Source: Geotalea uraniireducens Rf4 (GTDB lineage: Bacteria > Desulfobacterota > Desulfuromonadia > Geobacterales > Geobacteraceae). Taken from it: a stretch of DNA of 32,000 bases. Below the pieces are notes generated by a model that worked only from the letters and a program-made list of their open reading frames with translations, was not told the DNA's origin and searched no databases. The stretch covers positions 2,670,001 to 2,702,000 of the forward strand of contig NC_009483.1 in the NCBI RefSeq assembly GCF_000016745.1, read 5' to 3'. Of the stretch, positions 10,922 to 20,398 are shown piece after piece (the stretch's first letter is position 1; every line of letters begins with the position of its first letter). A program made the translations under genes and the position numbers.

Positions 10922-11410
10922 TCAAAACATTTTTTTATTATCCTCGGCAAAAAGTTGCTCAATTATTTCTACGGCTCTTTCACCCGACGGAGTAAAGGTC
11001 AGGCACCGTTGTTCATTTCCCGCATGGGTCAAAACAACCTCAAGATGTTCCTCCGGCAGCGCATCCTTCAGACGTTCAGCCCATTCAACCAAACAGACGC
11101 CGTTGCCATAAAAATACTCTTCAAAACCAAGATCTATAATATCCTGGTCACCATGCAATCGGTACAAATCAAAGTGATAAAGAGGAAGTCGCCCCTTGTA
11201 GATATTCACAAGGGTATAAGTCGGGCTGGTTATGGGAATAGTCGGATCAATCGCCAGACCGGCGGCAACACCTTTTGCAAATTGGGTTTTACCGGAACCG
11301 AGATCACCGACCAAGGCAATGAAATCACCTGCCGACAAAAACGATCCCAACCGCTCTCCCACAGCAATCGTCTCTTTAACGCTATTGGTGATGAGCGTTT
11401 TCACGGTCAC
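10922..11410 (-). CDS. tsaE: tRNA t6A37 biosynthesis ATPase
   Basis: 162 aa. Has the [14 protein letters not shown]-loop and [10 protein letters not shown]...HFDLYR. YjeE/TsaE family. Confidence 0.9.
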   Translation of the reverse strand: MTVKTLITNSVKETIAVGERLGSFLSAGDFIALVGDLGSGKTQFAKGVAAGLAIDPTIPITSPTYTLVNIYKGRLPLYHFDLYRLHGDQDIIDLGFEEYFYGNGVCLVEWAERLKDALPEEHLEVVLTHAGNEQRCLTFTPSGERAVEIIEQLFAEDNKKMF

Positions 11411-11862
11411 GGGTTAATCATCGTACGGATAAGATCAATGCGGCTGATCACCCCTACCAACTTCTTGTCGTCAACAACCGGGACAGCATGAATTTTCTTA
11501 CTGCTCATAATGTCGGCTACCTCACTTAATAAAGATGTCGATTTTACACTTTCAACATCTTCAGTGTAAATATCTCCGACAGTCTGCCCCGTCATTTTTT
11601 TCAACTCTTTTTCAAATTTTTTCTCACTTTCAAGATAAATAACCCAATCAAAGAGAGAAATAACCGTGGGAATATGCAGACTTTTGTCCTGCTCGATCAA
11701 ATCGGTCTCTGTGACGATCCCGATCAGCTCACCGTTATCATCAACCACCGGGAAACTGCTCATGCGGTTAGCGGTAAAAAGCTCGGCAAGCTCACGGACA
11801 GTTGTTCCGGTCTTTACCGTTATAACATCTTTCGTCATCACATCAGCGGCAGTCAGCATCAT
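11407..11862 (-). CDS. CBS-domain pair protein
   Basis: 151 aa with two CBS repeats (VMTKDVITV..., SSKKIHAVPVVDD...). Confidence 0.85.
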   Translation of the reverse strand: MMLTAADVMTKDVITVKTGTTVRELAELFTANRMSSFPVVDDNGELIGIVTETDLIEQDKSLHIPTVISLFDWVIYLESEKKFEKELKKMTGQTVGDIYTEDVESVKSTSLLSEVADIMSSKKIHAVPVVDDKKLVGVISRIDLIRTMINP

Positions 11863-11909
11863 AATCTCCTGTCAATAATAGTATCAATTTTTAAAGTGCT
11901 GCGAGTACC

Positions 11910-13475
11910 CTAAAAGTGCATTGGCAACGCTTCCCTTGAAAGCTTTTTAAAGGCATAAGGGAGCCATTCCTGTACATCTACTGCCGATATTCCGATCTCC
12001 CCCTTTTCAGCAGCCACCAGATCGGCAGAAAAACCATGCAAAAACGCCCCGAGTTTACAGGCAGCAAACGGAGCATATCCCTGGGCTATAAGTGCGGCCA
12101 GAATGCCGGTCAAAACATCTCCCATTCCGCCAGAAGCCATGCCTGGATTACCACTGCCATTGATGGCTATTTCTCCGTCCGGAGTGGCAATAATCGTCCT
12201 TGCCCCCTTTAACAGCAAGATGACATTATACTTGGCGCTGAGATCGCCGGCAATGCCGATCCGGTCTTTTTCTACCTCAGCGGTAGTAATTCCTGCAAGG
12301 TTTGCCATCTCCCCCGGATGGGGTGTGAGAATAACGACAGACGATTTCCTGTGCAACAAAACCTCACGATTCTCAGAAAGAGCATGCAAGCCATCCGCAT
12401 CAATAATCAATGGCTGATCAAGATCGTTGACAACTCTCTGCACCAGCACGGAAGTCGAAGGGTTCCGGGAAATTCCCGGTCCGATGGCTACGGAAGCCTT
12501 GCCGGCTGCAACAGCCATAATCGGGTCATAGGCAGCTTCACCAAGAAAGCCGGCATCGGCATCGGGAAGAGGCAGGGACATGGCCTCTGTGGTTTTTACC
12601 TCCATGATCGCATTAAGACTGGCCGGTATTGCTACGGTAACAAGTCCTGCGCCCGCGCGCACTGCGCTATTGGCAGACATGGCAGCAGCTCCGGTTTTCC
12701 CGGTGGAACCGGCAATGATCAAGGTGTGTCCGCAATCGCCCTTGTGCGCCTGCTTTCTTCGCGGCTGCAATAACATTTGTGCCGCATCATAATCAACAAA
12801 CTCAAAACCGGCCGCTTCGGTAACGACCTCAGCAGGCATACCGATGTCAGCCACCAGCAATCTCCCGCCCAGCTCCGCACCCGGGTAGAGAACGTTCCCC
12901 AGCTTGGCAGCAGCAAAGGTGACGGTCATATGGGCTCGAACAGCTTTACCCAAAACTTTGCCGCTGCCGGCATCAATCCCGGACGGAATATCAACGGCAA
13001 ACACAGGTTTACCACAAACATTAATGATATCAATGACTTCTGCATAGACGCCGCGGACCTCGCTCTTTAGTCCTGTCCCCAAGAGGGCGTCCACAACAAG
13101 CGTTGCATTGGCTAAAGATGTGACGCATTGACAAAGAGTTTCAGTAACCGGGCAAAAAGTCACTATTTCCGTGTCGAGGCGTTGCAGGTTTATGGCAGCA
13201 TCTCCGGCAATCTCGTCACTGCCGGCCACGATAAACACGCGAACGTCCCACCCCTGCTCCATCAACAAACGGGCAATGACATAACCGTCTCCGCCGTTAT
13301 TACCCTTCCCTGCGAGAATGACGGCCTTCCTGAATGAAACGGATCCAAACTCCGCCATAATCGCCTCGGTGCAACGTCGGCCGGCATTCTCCATCAAGGT
13401 AAGACCAGATATACCGAAAGCCTCGATAGTCCGTTTATCCATCAACTGCATTGTCGCGCCGGTGACAACCTTCAT
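11910..13475 (-). CDS. nnr: Bifunctional NAD(P)H-hydrate epimerase / ADP-dependent dehydratase
   Basis: 521 aa. N-terminal YjeF_N (GKGNNGGDG) plus a C-terminal carbohydrate-kinase-like domain (GPG...GSGD/GMASGGMGDVLTG). Confidence 0.9.
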   Translation of the reverse strand: MKVVTGATMQLMDKRTIEAFGISGLTLMENAGRRCTEAIMAEFGSVSFRKAVILAGKGNNGGDGYVIARLLMEQGWDVRVFIVAGSDEIAGDAAINLQRLDTEIVTFCPVTETLCQCVTSLANATLVVDALLGTGLKSEVRGVYAEVIDIINVCGKPVFAVDIPSGIDAGSGKVLGKAVRAHMTVTFAAAKLGNVLYPGAELGGRLLVADIGMPAEVVTEAAGFEFVDYDAAQMLLQPRRKQAHKGDCGHTLIIAGSTGKTGAAAMSANSAVRAGAGLVTVAIPASLNAIMEVKTTEAMSLPLPDADAGFLGEAAYDPIMAVAAGKASVAIGPGISRNPSTSVLVQRVVNDLDQPLIIDADGLHALSENREVLLHRKSSVVILTPHPGEMANLAGITTAEVEKDRIGIAGDLSAKYNVILLLKGARTIIATPDGEIAINGSGNPGMASGGMGDVLTGILAALIAQGYAPFAACKLGAFLHGFSADLVAAEKGEIGISAVDVQEWLPYAFKKLSREALPMHF

Positions 13476-13853
13476 TTATTTCTCCAGAACCAGCATCGCC
13501 ACGGCAAAATTCCCATCATGGGAAAGAGAGAGAAAACTTTTGCTGAGTTCTGCCTGGGCAAACAATTGTAGCGCCCTGCCGGTGAGCCTCATTTCCGGTT
13601 TGCCGAACTGATTGTTCACCACTTCCATATCCTTCCATGACAAGCCATCGCGAAGGCCTGTACCAAGAGCCTTCAGAAAAGCCTCCTTTGCGGCAAAGCG
13701 AAGCGCATAATGTTGGGCGCTGTGCTTCTTTGCAGCACAATAATCCAGCTCAAGAGGCGTGAAAATCCGCTGCAAGAGCGCCACATTCCCATCATGAACA
13801 AAACGCTCGAAGCGTGAGATATCAACTATATCGACGCCAGTGCCGAAGATCAT
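13476..13853 (-). CDS. acpS: Holo-[acyl-carrier-protein] synthase
   Basis: Begins [16 protein letters not shown] and contains [14 protein letters not shown] and SLSHDG. The start forms an ATGA overlap with the upstream ORF's stop. Confidence 0.9.
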   Translation of the reverse strand: MIFGTGVDIVDISRFERFVHDGNVALLQRIFTPLELDYCAAKKHSAQHYALRFAAKEAFLKALGTGLRDGLSWKDMEVVNNQFGKPEMRLTGRALQLFAQAELSKSFLSLSHDGNFAVAMLVLEK

Positions 13854-14083
13854 CTTAAATTCCACTCTCCCATGACATCCCCATTAAACAAGCTTTTCAA
13901 CAACCTGATCTTATACCATGAATTAACAATCTGTTCAAAATCAATTTCCCCACCCGGGACGAATAAATTACAATCATCCGTATCCGGCGCCAATCTTTCA
14001 ATCCGCCCTGATTCCACGTCATTGAACAGATTGTAGCAGATAGTTTTCCAGATTACCGCCCATTTCAACATCAATGTCGGCAT
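13850..14083 (-). CDS. Hypothetical 77-aa protein
   Basis: Support is only the open frame and the ATGA translational-coupling overlap with acpS. I recognise no motif. Confidence 0.35.
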   Translation of the reverse strand: MPTLMLKWAVIWKTICYNLFNDVESGRIERLAPDTDDCNLFVPGGEIDFEQIVNSWYKIRLLKSLFNGDVMGEWNLR

Positions 14084-14195
14084 TCTTTACAATTAATTTC
14101 ATTAATATGTTTTTGTGTTTCAATTGATATTTTTGAAGGATTTATTGATGGGAATAACCACAAAAGTAAACTTTAGTAAAGCAGGAACAGACCAT

Positions 14196-14897
14196 TTACT
14201 TCACAAACGAAGATTTAAGCAGGATATGCTTATTATCGAGAATTTCAATCTCCCGCTCCTTCACGAAGCGATTCAAAAGTCTCGTTACCGTTTCGCGGGA
14301 GACATTTGCGTATCCTGCGATATCTTTATGCAGCAGTTTCAGCGCTATTATGATACCCCGCTCATCCATTACGCCGTTAATTTTACCAAGCTGCTCCAAA
14401 ACTGCCCTGACCCTCTGCTCTGCACTTGCAAAACTCATTACCTTGAGCATCAACCATGATTCTCTCAATCGGGTACACAGCATGGCTACAAGCTGGTGCA
14501 TCACTTTCTCGTCTTTCAACAAATATTTTTCAAAGTTTTCCCGGGCGATCAACTGCACACGAGAATCCTCCATGGCAATAACGGTTGCAGGTGCAGTTTT
14601 TCCATCGAGCAGAGCCATTTCACCAAAAAAATCACCCTTTTTATGGATGGCAAGTATATGCTCCTTCCCATCTTCGCTCGTCTGCACGACTTTTACTTTA
14701 CCGGAAGAAACAATGTACATATACCTTTGAGTGTCCTCCTCCCACAGAATTACATTGTTTTTGTTGAATTTTTTTTCTTCTATAATATTTCTTAAATCAG
14801 TTAATTGTTCCTCTGATAGACATTCGAAGATCGGAATAGTTTTTATGAAATTATATGATTTCAACTGATCAGATTTAGCTATGCCGGATACACTCAT
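14196..14897 (-). CDS. Crp/Fnr-family transcriptional regulator (CRP-type recognition helix, atypical nucleotide pocket)
   Basis: 233 aa. Has a cNMP-binding-like beta-roll (FFGEMALLDGKTAPATVIA) and a C-terminal HTH, GYANVSRETVTRLLNRF, with the R-E-x-x-x-R pattern. Confidence 0.85.
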   Translation of the reverse strand: MSVSGIAKSDQLKSYNFIKTIPIFECLSEEQLTDLRNIIEEKKFNKNNVILWEEDTQRYMYIVSSGKVKVVQTSEDGKEHILAIHKKGDFFGEMALLDGKTAPATVIAMEDSRVQLIARENFEKYLLKDEKVMHQLVAMLCTRLRESWLMLKVMSFASAEQRVRAVLEQLGKINGVMDERGIIIALKLLHKDIAGYANVSRETVTRLLNRFVKEREIEILDNKHILLKSSFVK

Positions 14898-14994
14898 AAA
14901 TGCCTCGGAATATTACTGATACCTGCTTACGCAGCCTATAAAGATTCTCGTTAAGGCAACGCTAAAAGCGCATATTCTGTCTCCATTCAACTGT

Positions 14995-15010
14995 AGCAAT
15001 TAAATTGCCA
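14995..15010 (-). promoter_or_regulatory. Candidate sigma-54 (-24/-12) promoter for the Crp-like gene
   Basis: The minus strand reads TGGCAATTTAATTGCT, against the consensus TGGCAC-N5-TTGCW. The GG and GC dinucleotides are correctly spaced. It lies about 98 nt upstream of the ATG at 14897. Confidence 0.5.
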
Positions 15011-15134
15011 ATCCCACAACATACCGATATTATGCAGCTTCGCAAAATATTATGGATTTTGAGTATTATATATGTAAAGAAAGTCGACAATAATTTTGCT
15101 ACAGTGCGTGTACTTGTAAAATTCTCCTGAAAAT

Positions 15135-16535
15135 TCACAACTGGGCTTGCTTTGCTTGCAAGGCTGAAAGCTTGTTAAGATTATATTTTTTCATGAGATC
15201 ATAAAAAGTAGGTCTACTCACACCCAGCGCTTCAGCTGCCTTTGCAATATTTCCTTCCTGGCGCTCCAGGGCATAAATAATCATTTCTCTCTCAACTCTG
15301 TCCCTTGCATCCTTCAATGTCACAACATCTGCTACAGGAATCTGCTGCTGTAGCGGCATGTCTGTGAAACCAAGATCATCGGGTTCCAGCAATAACGAAT
15401 CAGACATGATAACAGCTCGTTGCACCCTGTTTTCCAGCTCCCTGACATTACCCGGCCACCGGTGTGATTCGAGCAGATTGATGGTACCCGTGCTGAAACC
15501 CTTCACTTTTTTGTTGAATTCTTCAGTCGATCTTTTCAAAAAGAGATTCGCCAGGAGCACGATGTCATCGCCACGCTCACGCAATGGAGGAAGGTTGATA
15601 TTGATTACCGCTATCCTGTAATACAGGTCTTCCCTGAAAATTCCCTCCTGAATCGCCTTTGAAATATCAATATTGGTTGCAGAGATTATCCTGGCATCCA
15701 CAGCGATGTCCTCCCGCCCACCGACTCGCTGCAACACTTTTTCCTGAAGAAAACGAAGCAGCTTAACCTGGAGGTTGCCGGGCAATTCACCTATTTCATC
15801 GAGAAACAGGGTTCCCTTGTGCGCATACTCCGCTTTTCCTTGTACACGTGCATGAGCTCCGGTAAAGGCGCCTTTTTCAGCACCGAATAATTCAGATTCA
15901 AGCAAATTTTCCGGTATCGCACCGCAGTTTATGGGAATAAAAGGGCCTTCATTTCTAAGACTCATGGTGTGCAGAGCCCTGGCAACCAGTTCTTTGCCCG
16001 TCCCGCTCTCACCGGTAACAAACACGGCAATATCAGATGATGCAACCTTTCTTATGGTAGAAAACACCTGCAACATCTGGGGACAATGTCCGATTATGCC
16101 GCCAAATCCTGTACCGTTATGCTCCAGTGCGGTTTGCAGCCGATTGTTTTCCTCTTCAATGTCCAGTAAATAAAATGCCCTGTTGATAATGACCTTCAAT
16201 TCATTCATATCGATCGGCTTTTGATAGTAATCATACGCACCGAGTTGCACAGCCCTCAGGGCATTGCTTCGTCCGTCATTACCTGTGATCACAATGACTT
16301 TGGCAGCAGGAACATGCCTGAGTATCTCTTTCAGACACCTAAAACCTTCCTCCATACCATCTTCATCGGGGGGCAAGCCAAGATCCAGTGTGATAACTTT
16401 AGGATTGTGCTTCTTGAACAATGATAGTGCCTCACCACCATCGCAAGCAAACAGAACGTCATATTCTTTTCCAAGCCCCCATTTAAGCTGCTTGCGAATA
16501 TCGCTATCATCATCAACGATCAAGAGCTTTTCCAT
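15135..16535 (-). CDS. prsR: Sigma-54-dependent response regulator, PrsR-like (PEP-CTERM-box type)
   Basis: Has a receiver domain (LLIVDDD...[12 protein letters not shown]...KVIVITGN...GAYDYYQKP), an AAA+ sigma-54 interaction domain ([20 protein letters not shown]) and a C-terminal Fis-type HTH. The start is ATG at 16535 or 16538, after AGGAG. Confidence 0.82.
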   Translation of the reverse strand: MEKLLIVDDDSDIRKQLKWGLGKEYDVLFACDGGEALSLFKKHNPKVITLDLGLPPDEDGMEEGFRCLKEILRHVPAAKVIVITGNDGRSNALRAVQLGAYDYYQKPIDMNELKVIINRAFYLLDIEEENNRLQTALEHNGTGFGGIIGHCPQMLQVFSTIRKVASSDIAVFVTGESGTGKELVARALHTMSLRNEGPFIPINCGAIPENLLESELFGAEKGAFTGAHARVQGKAEYAHKGTLFLDEIGELPGNLQVKLLRFLQEKVLQRVGGREDIAVDARIISATNIDISKAIQEGIFREDLYYRIAVININLPPLRERGDDIVLLANLFLKRSTEEFNKKVKGFSTGTINLLESHRWPGNVRELENRVQRAVIMSDSLLLEPDDLGFTDMPLQQQIPVADVVTLKDARDRVEREMIIYALERQEGNIAKAAEALGVSRPTFYDLMKKYNLNKLSALQAKQAQL

Positions 16536-16556
16536 CATACTCTCCTGTTTTCTCAC

Positions 16557-18602
16557 TTAATCCTTAGGCAACCAGACTGTAAAAGTTGTTCCTATGCCGA
16601 GATCACTACTTACTTCGATTCTGCCGTTATGCGCTTCCACAATCTGTTTGCTCTGATAGAGTCCAATACCCAACCCTTTCTTCTTTGTAGTCTTGAATGG
16701 AGTAAAAAGATATTCATGCAAAAAATCGGGAGCGATACCGCAGCCGTCATCAAGAACCTTTATGAAAGCCAGGTTGCCGGCCCCTACTTCAACAGAGATC
16801 TGCCCCCTGCCGTCGGTTGCCTCCACGGCATTCAAGAGCAAATTCAATGCAACCTTTTGCAACTCTTCGCGATCAACCATTGCGATCACGCTGTTACCTC
16901 TGATACATATTTTCCCACCGTCAACAATTTCAGCGGTCTCCTTTACCAATTGTAACAAATCTGCCGGTTCCCGATTTAACGAATGCTTTTCCGGGATAAT
17001 TTTAAGCCGTGAAATAAGAGCCTTCATTTTTGCTACCGTGTTGCCGAGCGATTCGATCATATCCTGCTGAAATTCCGTTTCGGACATATAATGACTTGCA
17101 TTGTCCAGGATCAATGAAACCGTATAGACCAGGTTTTTCAGGTCATGGATCACGAATGTTGAAACTTTGCCGAGTGCTTCCATTTCCCGCGCCTGAGCCA
17201 ATTGCTCTGAAAGCCGCAAGTTCAACAGGGCAGATGAAGTTTGGCGCGCCAGAGTTTTCATAAGATCATAGTCTTCGTAGTTATAAACCTCATCCCGATT
17301 TACTGGTTTTCCGAGAACTATGAAACCGTCCATCACGCCGTTTAAAAACAGCGGGATAACAAATGATATGTCGTTCAGCCTGAAAAAGTCCTTACAGTGG
17401 TCGGACGGTTCAAAAATCCCCTCGCCCATATTGACGACCCAGCTCTTTTCCGTCATATGCTCGATGATAGTGTCATCACGGCCAAATTCTACTGCTCGCG
17501 TCTCCATCTCAAGACTTGCAGCTGTTCTAAACAATCTCCGTTCACCATCATAAAGAAACAGGGCGCAGCCACCCATGCCGAAGGTATCAGCATAACCGCA
17601 CAGGATAGACTGTAACAACTCATCGCCGCTATGTGACGAAGATAGGCGATCGGTAAACTGAAGCCATTGAATTCTGTAATCATACTTGTTCTTGTAAAAG
17701 TTCTTATGCAGATGGACTTTAATTTTGCGTTTCACCGTTTCCGAAAGTAGAACGCATATCAGCCCCGCACCTGATAAAAATGCGATAACAATTGCCATGG
17801 TGCGTTGAAACGAGTCTCCGAAATATTTCATCCCCTCGCCCATCAAACCAAGTCCAAGCAGGTAAAGGCTGACAACGACGAGAACAACCGATTTGTAGGC
17901 TAACTGCCGGGATACGGTAACTTTTACTCCGTTGCCCCTGATGAACCTGGAGTATGCCATCATAAAAACAGCAATGATAATAACTACCGATCTACCCGGA
18001 ACCAGATTCATATTGATTGTTCGATAGAGAAGTCCCTGGCTGTAATAAAAAATCAGGAAACTCAGCAAAAAACCGGCGCCTACTATTTCGTACTTGATTT
18101 TCCATCTTGAAGAAACAGATGCGTTTATAAATGTAGCTTCAAGATTGATCAGGGCGATCACCATATAAATCAGCAAGGCAAAGAAGAAAATGAAACCGTA
18201 GTTTCCGAGGAACAACATGCGCTCGGAAATAAAGTCGGGGGAATAAAAAAATAAATTGACTGGTATTGTGATGACTGCCAGTGGGAATAGACAGGCGATA
18301 GCAATGGTTAATCGTTGAGAATTCGGGATTGATTGCACTTTATACAGTCTAGAACAGGTGAGACTAAACAGGAGCCAGGTGATAGGTAGGGTACATTCGG
18401 CAAATAGCGATAATTGCTTCCACAACATGACCCTTTTCGTGTCGTTAATCGATAACAGATCGAATATTTCCAGAGCACATACAGATGTGAGCGCAGCAAG
18501 GTTAGCGTACGAGTAAACATCTCTTTCTCTTTTATTGAGAAGATAAAAAGAGTAAATACAGCAAACCGATATTGCACCTATGGAAAGTATAGTTTGAAAC
18601 AT
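16557..18602 (-). CDS. prsK: Multi-TM sensor histidine kinase, PrsK-like
   Basis: 681 aa. About 8-10 N-terminal TM helices, a GAF-like middle region, an H-box (VIHDLKN), and N and G boxes (LLLNAVEA, DDGCGI, GLGIGL). It lies immediately upstream of prsR. Confidence 0.78.
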   Translation of the reverse strand: MFQTILSIGAISVCCIYSFYLLNKRERDVYSYANLAALTSVCALEIFDLLSINDTKRVMLWKQLSLFAECTLPITWLLFSLTCSRLYKVQSIPNSQRLTIAIACLFPLAVITIPVNLFFYSPDFISERMLFLGNYGFIFFFALLIYMVIALINLEATFINASVSSRWKIKYEIVGAGFLLSFLIFYYSQGLLYRTINMNLVPGRSVVIIIAVFMMAYSRFIRGNGVKVTVSRQLAYKSVVLVVVSLYLLGLGLMGEGMKYFGDSFQRTMAIVIAFLSGAGLICVLLSETVKRKIKVHLHKNFYKNKYDYRIQWLQFTDRLSSSHSGDELLQSILCGYADTFGMGGCALFLYDGERRLFRTAASLEMETRAVEFGRDDTIIEHMTEKSWVVNMGEGIFEPSDHCKDFFRLNDISFVIPLFLNGVMDGFIVLGKPVNRDEVYNYEDYDLMKTLARQTSSALLNLRLSEQLAQAREMEALGKVSTFVIHDLKNLVYTVSLILDNASHYMSETEFQQDMIESLGNTVAKMKALISRLKIIPEKHSLNREPADLLQLVKETAEIVDGGKICIRGNSVIAMVDREELQKVALNLLLNAVEATDGRGQISVEVGAGNLAFIKVLDDGCGIAPDFLHEYLFTPFKTTKKKGLGIGLYQSKQIVEAHNGRIEVSSDLGIGTTFTVWLPKD

Positions 18603-18696
18603 ATGGTATCATCATATTAAAGGTTGTTTAAACTACATTATGCACAAACCACCTTAGTGACACGTCTAATCCTTGGTTATTACTGCGGCAATTAAA

Positions 18697-20038
18697 GGCT
18701 CTGCAACGAATCAAGTGGGTAGAGGGAATAGCGACTTTAGGTTGAGCTTGCCTGCAACCAGATAAGCCATGCAGATCAAGTTGTCAGGATTCCGATAGCC
18801 TCGTGCCCGAGTTTTGGCTGATTGAATTAGGCTGTTGATGCCCTCAATGAAGCCGCTAGTCAGGCCGCTTTCAAAATGTGCCAGAATGCCATCCCAATGC
18901 TCTTTTACAGATTCGGCCATGTTCTTGATGAGTTGGATTGAGCTTGCGGCGGCTTTCCGATGCCATTTGGTCAACAGGGTTTCTGCCTCCGTTCGGCTTG
19001 AAGCAAAATAGACGTTCTGAAGGTTCAGCTTGTGCATGTAAGCTTCCGTACTCCTTAAGCTTTGACTGGTGATAATGGCATCCAGGCGCTGTTCCTCTTC
19101 CGGTGTCAGGTTCTCTGGATTTTTGAGGAACAGGTTTCTGCTCTTTTTCAGGATTTCAGGAAATAACCTGGCTTCTTGAGCCCTTATCTTACTAAGCTTA
19201 TCGTTCATAAGCTTGATGACGTGGAATTTATCGAAGGTGACCACGGCATGGGGCAACTGCTCTTTGACACCCTTTATGAATGCCTTGGACATGTCAATAG
19301 CAGCGTCTGTGATGCTATCAGGATCGCCGCCATGTGACTTAAGGTCCGCGACGAAGCTCTTGACTGTTTCGTTGTCCTTTCCCGTCGTGCCGAACAAGAG
19401 CTTATGCATGTCGAGGTCGAAGAAGAAGGTGACGAATTTCTCGTCATGACTGCGCCCGGCAAAGGTTTCATCCGCACCGACCCTCTTCACCTCGGAGAAG
19501 TCTTCTGCGGCCCTTGCCTTCTCGACATAGGATTGAATCAACCGCCATAGACGGGTATCGGTAACGGCAAACAGCCTGCTCATGACCTTCACCGGCAAAT
19601 CACGAGCCATGGTCATGGCCAGGGCCTCAAACAGCAGCGTAAATCCTGAGCCTGCGCGAGCCCAGGGTACCTGGACCAACTTCACGCCGCAGTCGCTGTT
19701 AGGGCACTTTACCCGTGGAACACGCGCATGAAGGTAGGCTTCGTACTGGAAGAAATTCAGATGCCGCCACTCTTTCTCCGTGGTGTCATGGACTGGTGAC
19801 AACGTTCCGCAGACCGGACAGGGAAAGGTGGCTCCCCGCTGGAAGTCGATGGTTATGTCCAAACGACTTGACTTCTTGTTGAAGTCAACAGAGGTAACCT
19901 TCCACGGGATGGCAATTCCAAGAGCAGCACCAAAAAGATCTTCAGGATTCATAGCGATTACTAACCTCCAGGCTGAGTGATGGTGGCCTATCTTACATCA
20001 ACCCGGCCCAGGCTACCCACTCAATTCGTCGAGGAGCC
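18697..20038 (-). mobile_element. ISL3-family insertion sequence, apparently intact (1342 bp)
   Basis: Imperfect 26-bp terminal IRs: ggctctgcaacgaatcaagtgggtag (18697-18722) against the reverse complement of ctacccactcaattcgtcgaggagcc (20013-20038). An 8-bp direct target duplication caattaaa sits at 18689-18696 and 20039-20046. It holds a single transposase ORF. Confidence 0.85.
18711..19952 (-). CDS. ISL3-family transposase
   Basis: 413 aa. N-terminal zinc-finger-like CPVCG...CP..C, then a DDE_Tnp_ISL3-like body (GADETF..., FHVIKL...). Confidence 0.88.
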   Translation of the reverse strand: MNPEDLFGAALGIAIPWKVTSVDFNKKSSRLDITIDFQRGATFPCPVCGTLSPVHDTTEKEWRHLNFFQYEAYLHARVPRVKCPNSDCGVKLVQVPWARAGSGFTLLFEALAMTMARDLPVKVMSRLFAVTDTRLWRLIQSYVEKARAAEDFSEVKRVGADETFAGRSHDEKFVTFFFDLDMHKLLFGTTGKDNETVKSFVADLKSHGGDPDSITDAAIDMSKAFIKGVKEQLPHAVVTFDKFHVIKLMNDKLSKIRAQEARLFPEILKKSRNLFLKNPENLTPEEEQRLDAIITSQSLRSTEAYMHKLNLQNVYFASSRTEAETLLTKWHRKAAASSIQLIKNMAESVKEHWDGILAHFESGLTSGFIEGINSLIQSAKTRARGYRNPDNLICMAYLVAGKLNLKSLFPLPT

Positions 20039-20320
20039 CAATTAAACATGTGAACGGTAGGGGCTAGGCTTGCCTCGCCCAATCGGGGCACGGCGCGCCG
20101 TGCCCCTACATCAGGATTGTGATGTTTAATTGCCGGAGTAATAACAGCCGATTACCGAAATTCTACGATTCAAGTTCATTCAGTCGCCCACACTACTCAT
20201 ATCCACAGATTAAACTAAACTATCCACGCAGCTCGCAATTCATTAGCAACACCTAACCACTACACATAATACTAAATTTTGCGATTATTACAATTCATTA
20301 TAACAATTTAAACAAACGAA

Positions 20321-20348
20321 AAGGGTGCCGGAAATTCCCGGCACCCTT
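20321..20348 (-). terminator. Intrinsic terminator after the FN3/Ig/dockerin gene
   Basis: The minus strand reads AAGGGTGCCGG-GAATTT-CCGGCACCCTT followed by TTCGTTTGTTT. Confidence 0.7.
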
Positions 20349-20398
20349 TAATACGGCCATAACTATTCGAATACTACATGTTTTAGGTAAGAATCAGT

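Larger units (their letters stand above)
18676..20145. repeat. MITE-like palindromic element (about 120 bp) split by the IS insertion
   Basis: With the IS and one TSD copy removed, gttattactgcggcaattaaacat (left) and atgtttaattgccggagtaataac (20122-20145) are 24-bp terminal inverted repeats with 1 mismatch. The core contains the 22-bp perfect palindrome ggggcacggcgcgccgtgcccc (20085-20106). Confidence 0.55.

Noticed and set aside
14995-15010. Reading the GCAATTAAATTGC palindrome as a plus-strand sigma-54 site or as an FNR box
   Set aside because: The plus strand gives TAGCA with no GG dinucleotide. It also does not fit TTGAT-N4-ATCAA. Only the minus-strand reading matches the -24/-12 consensus.
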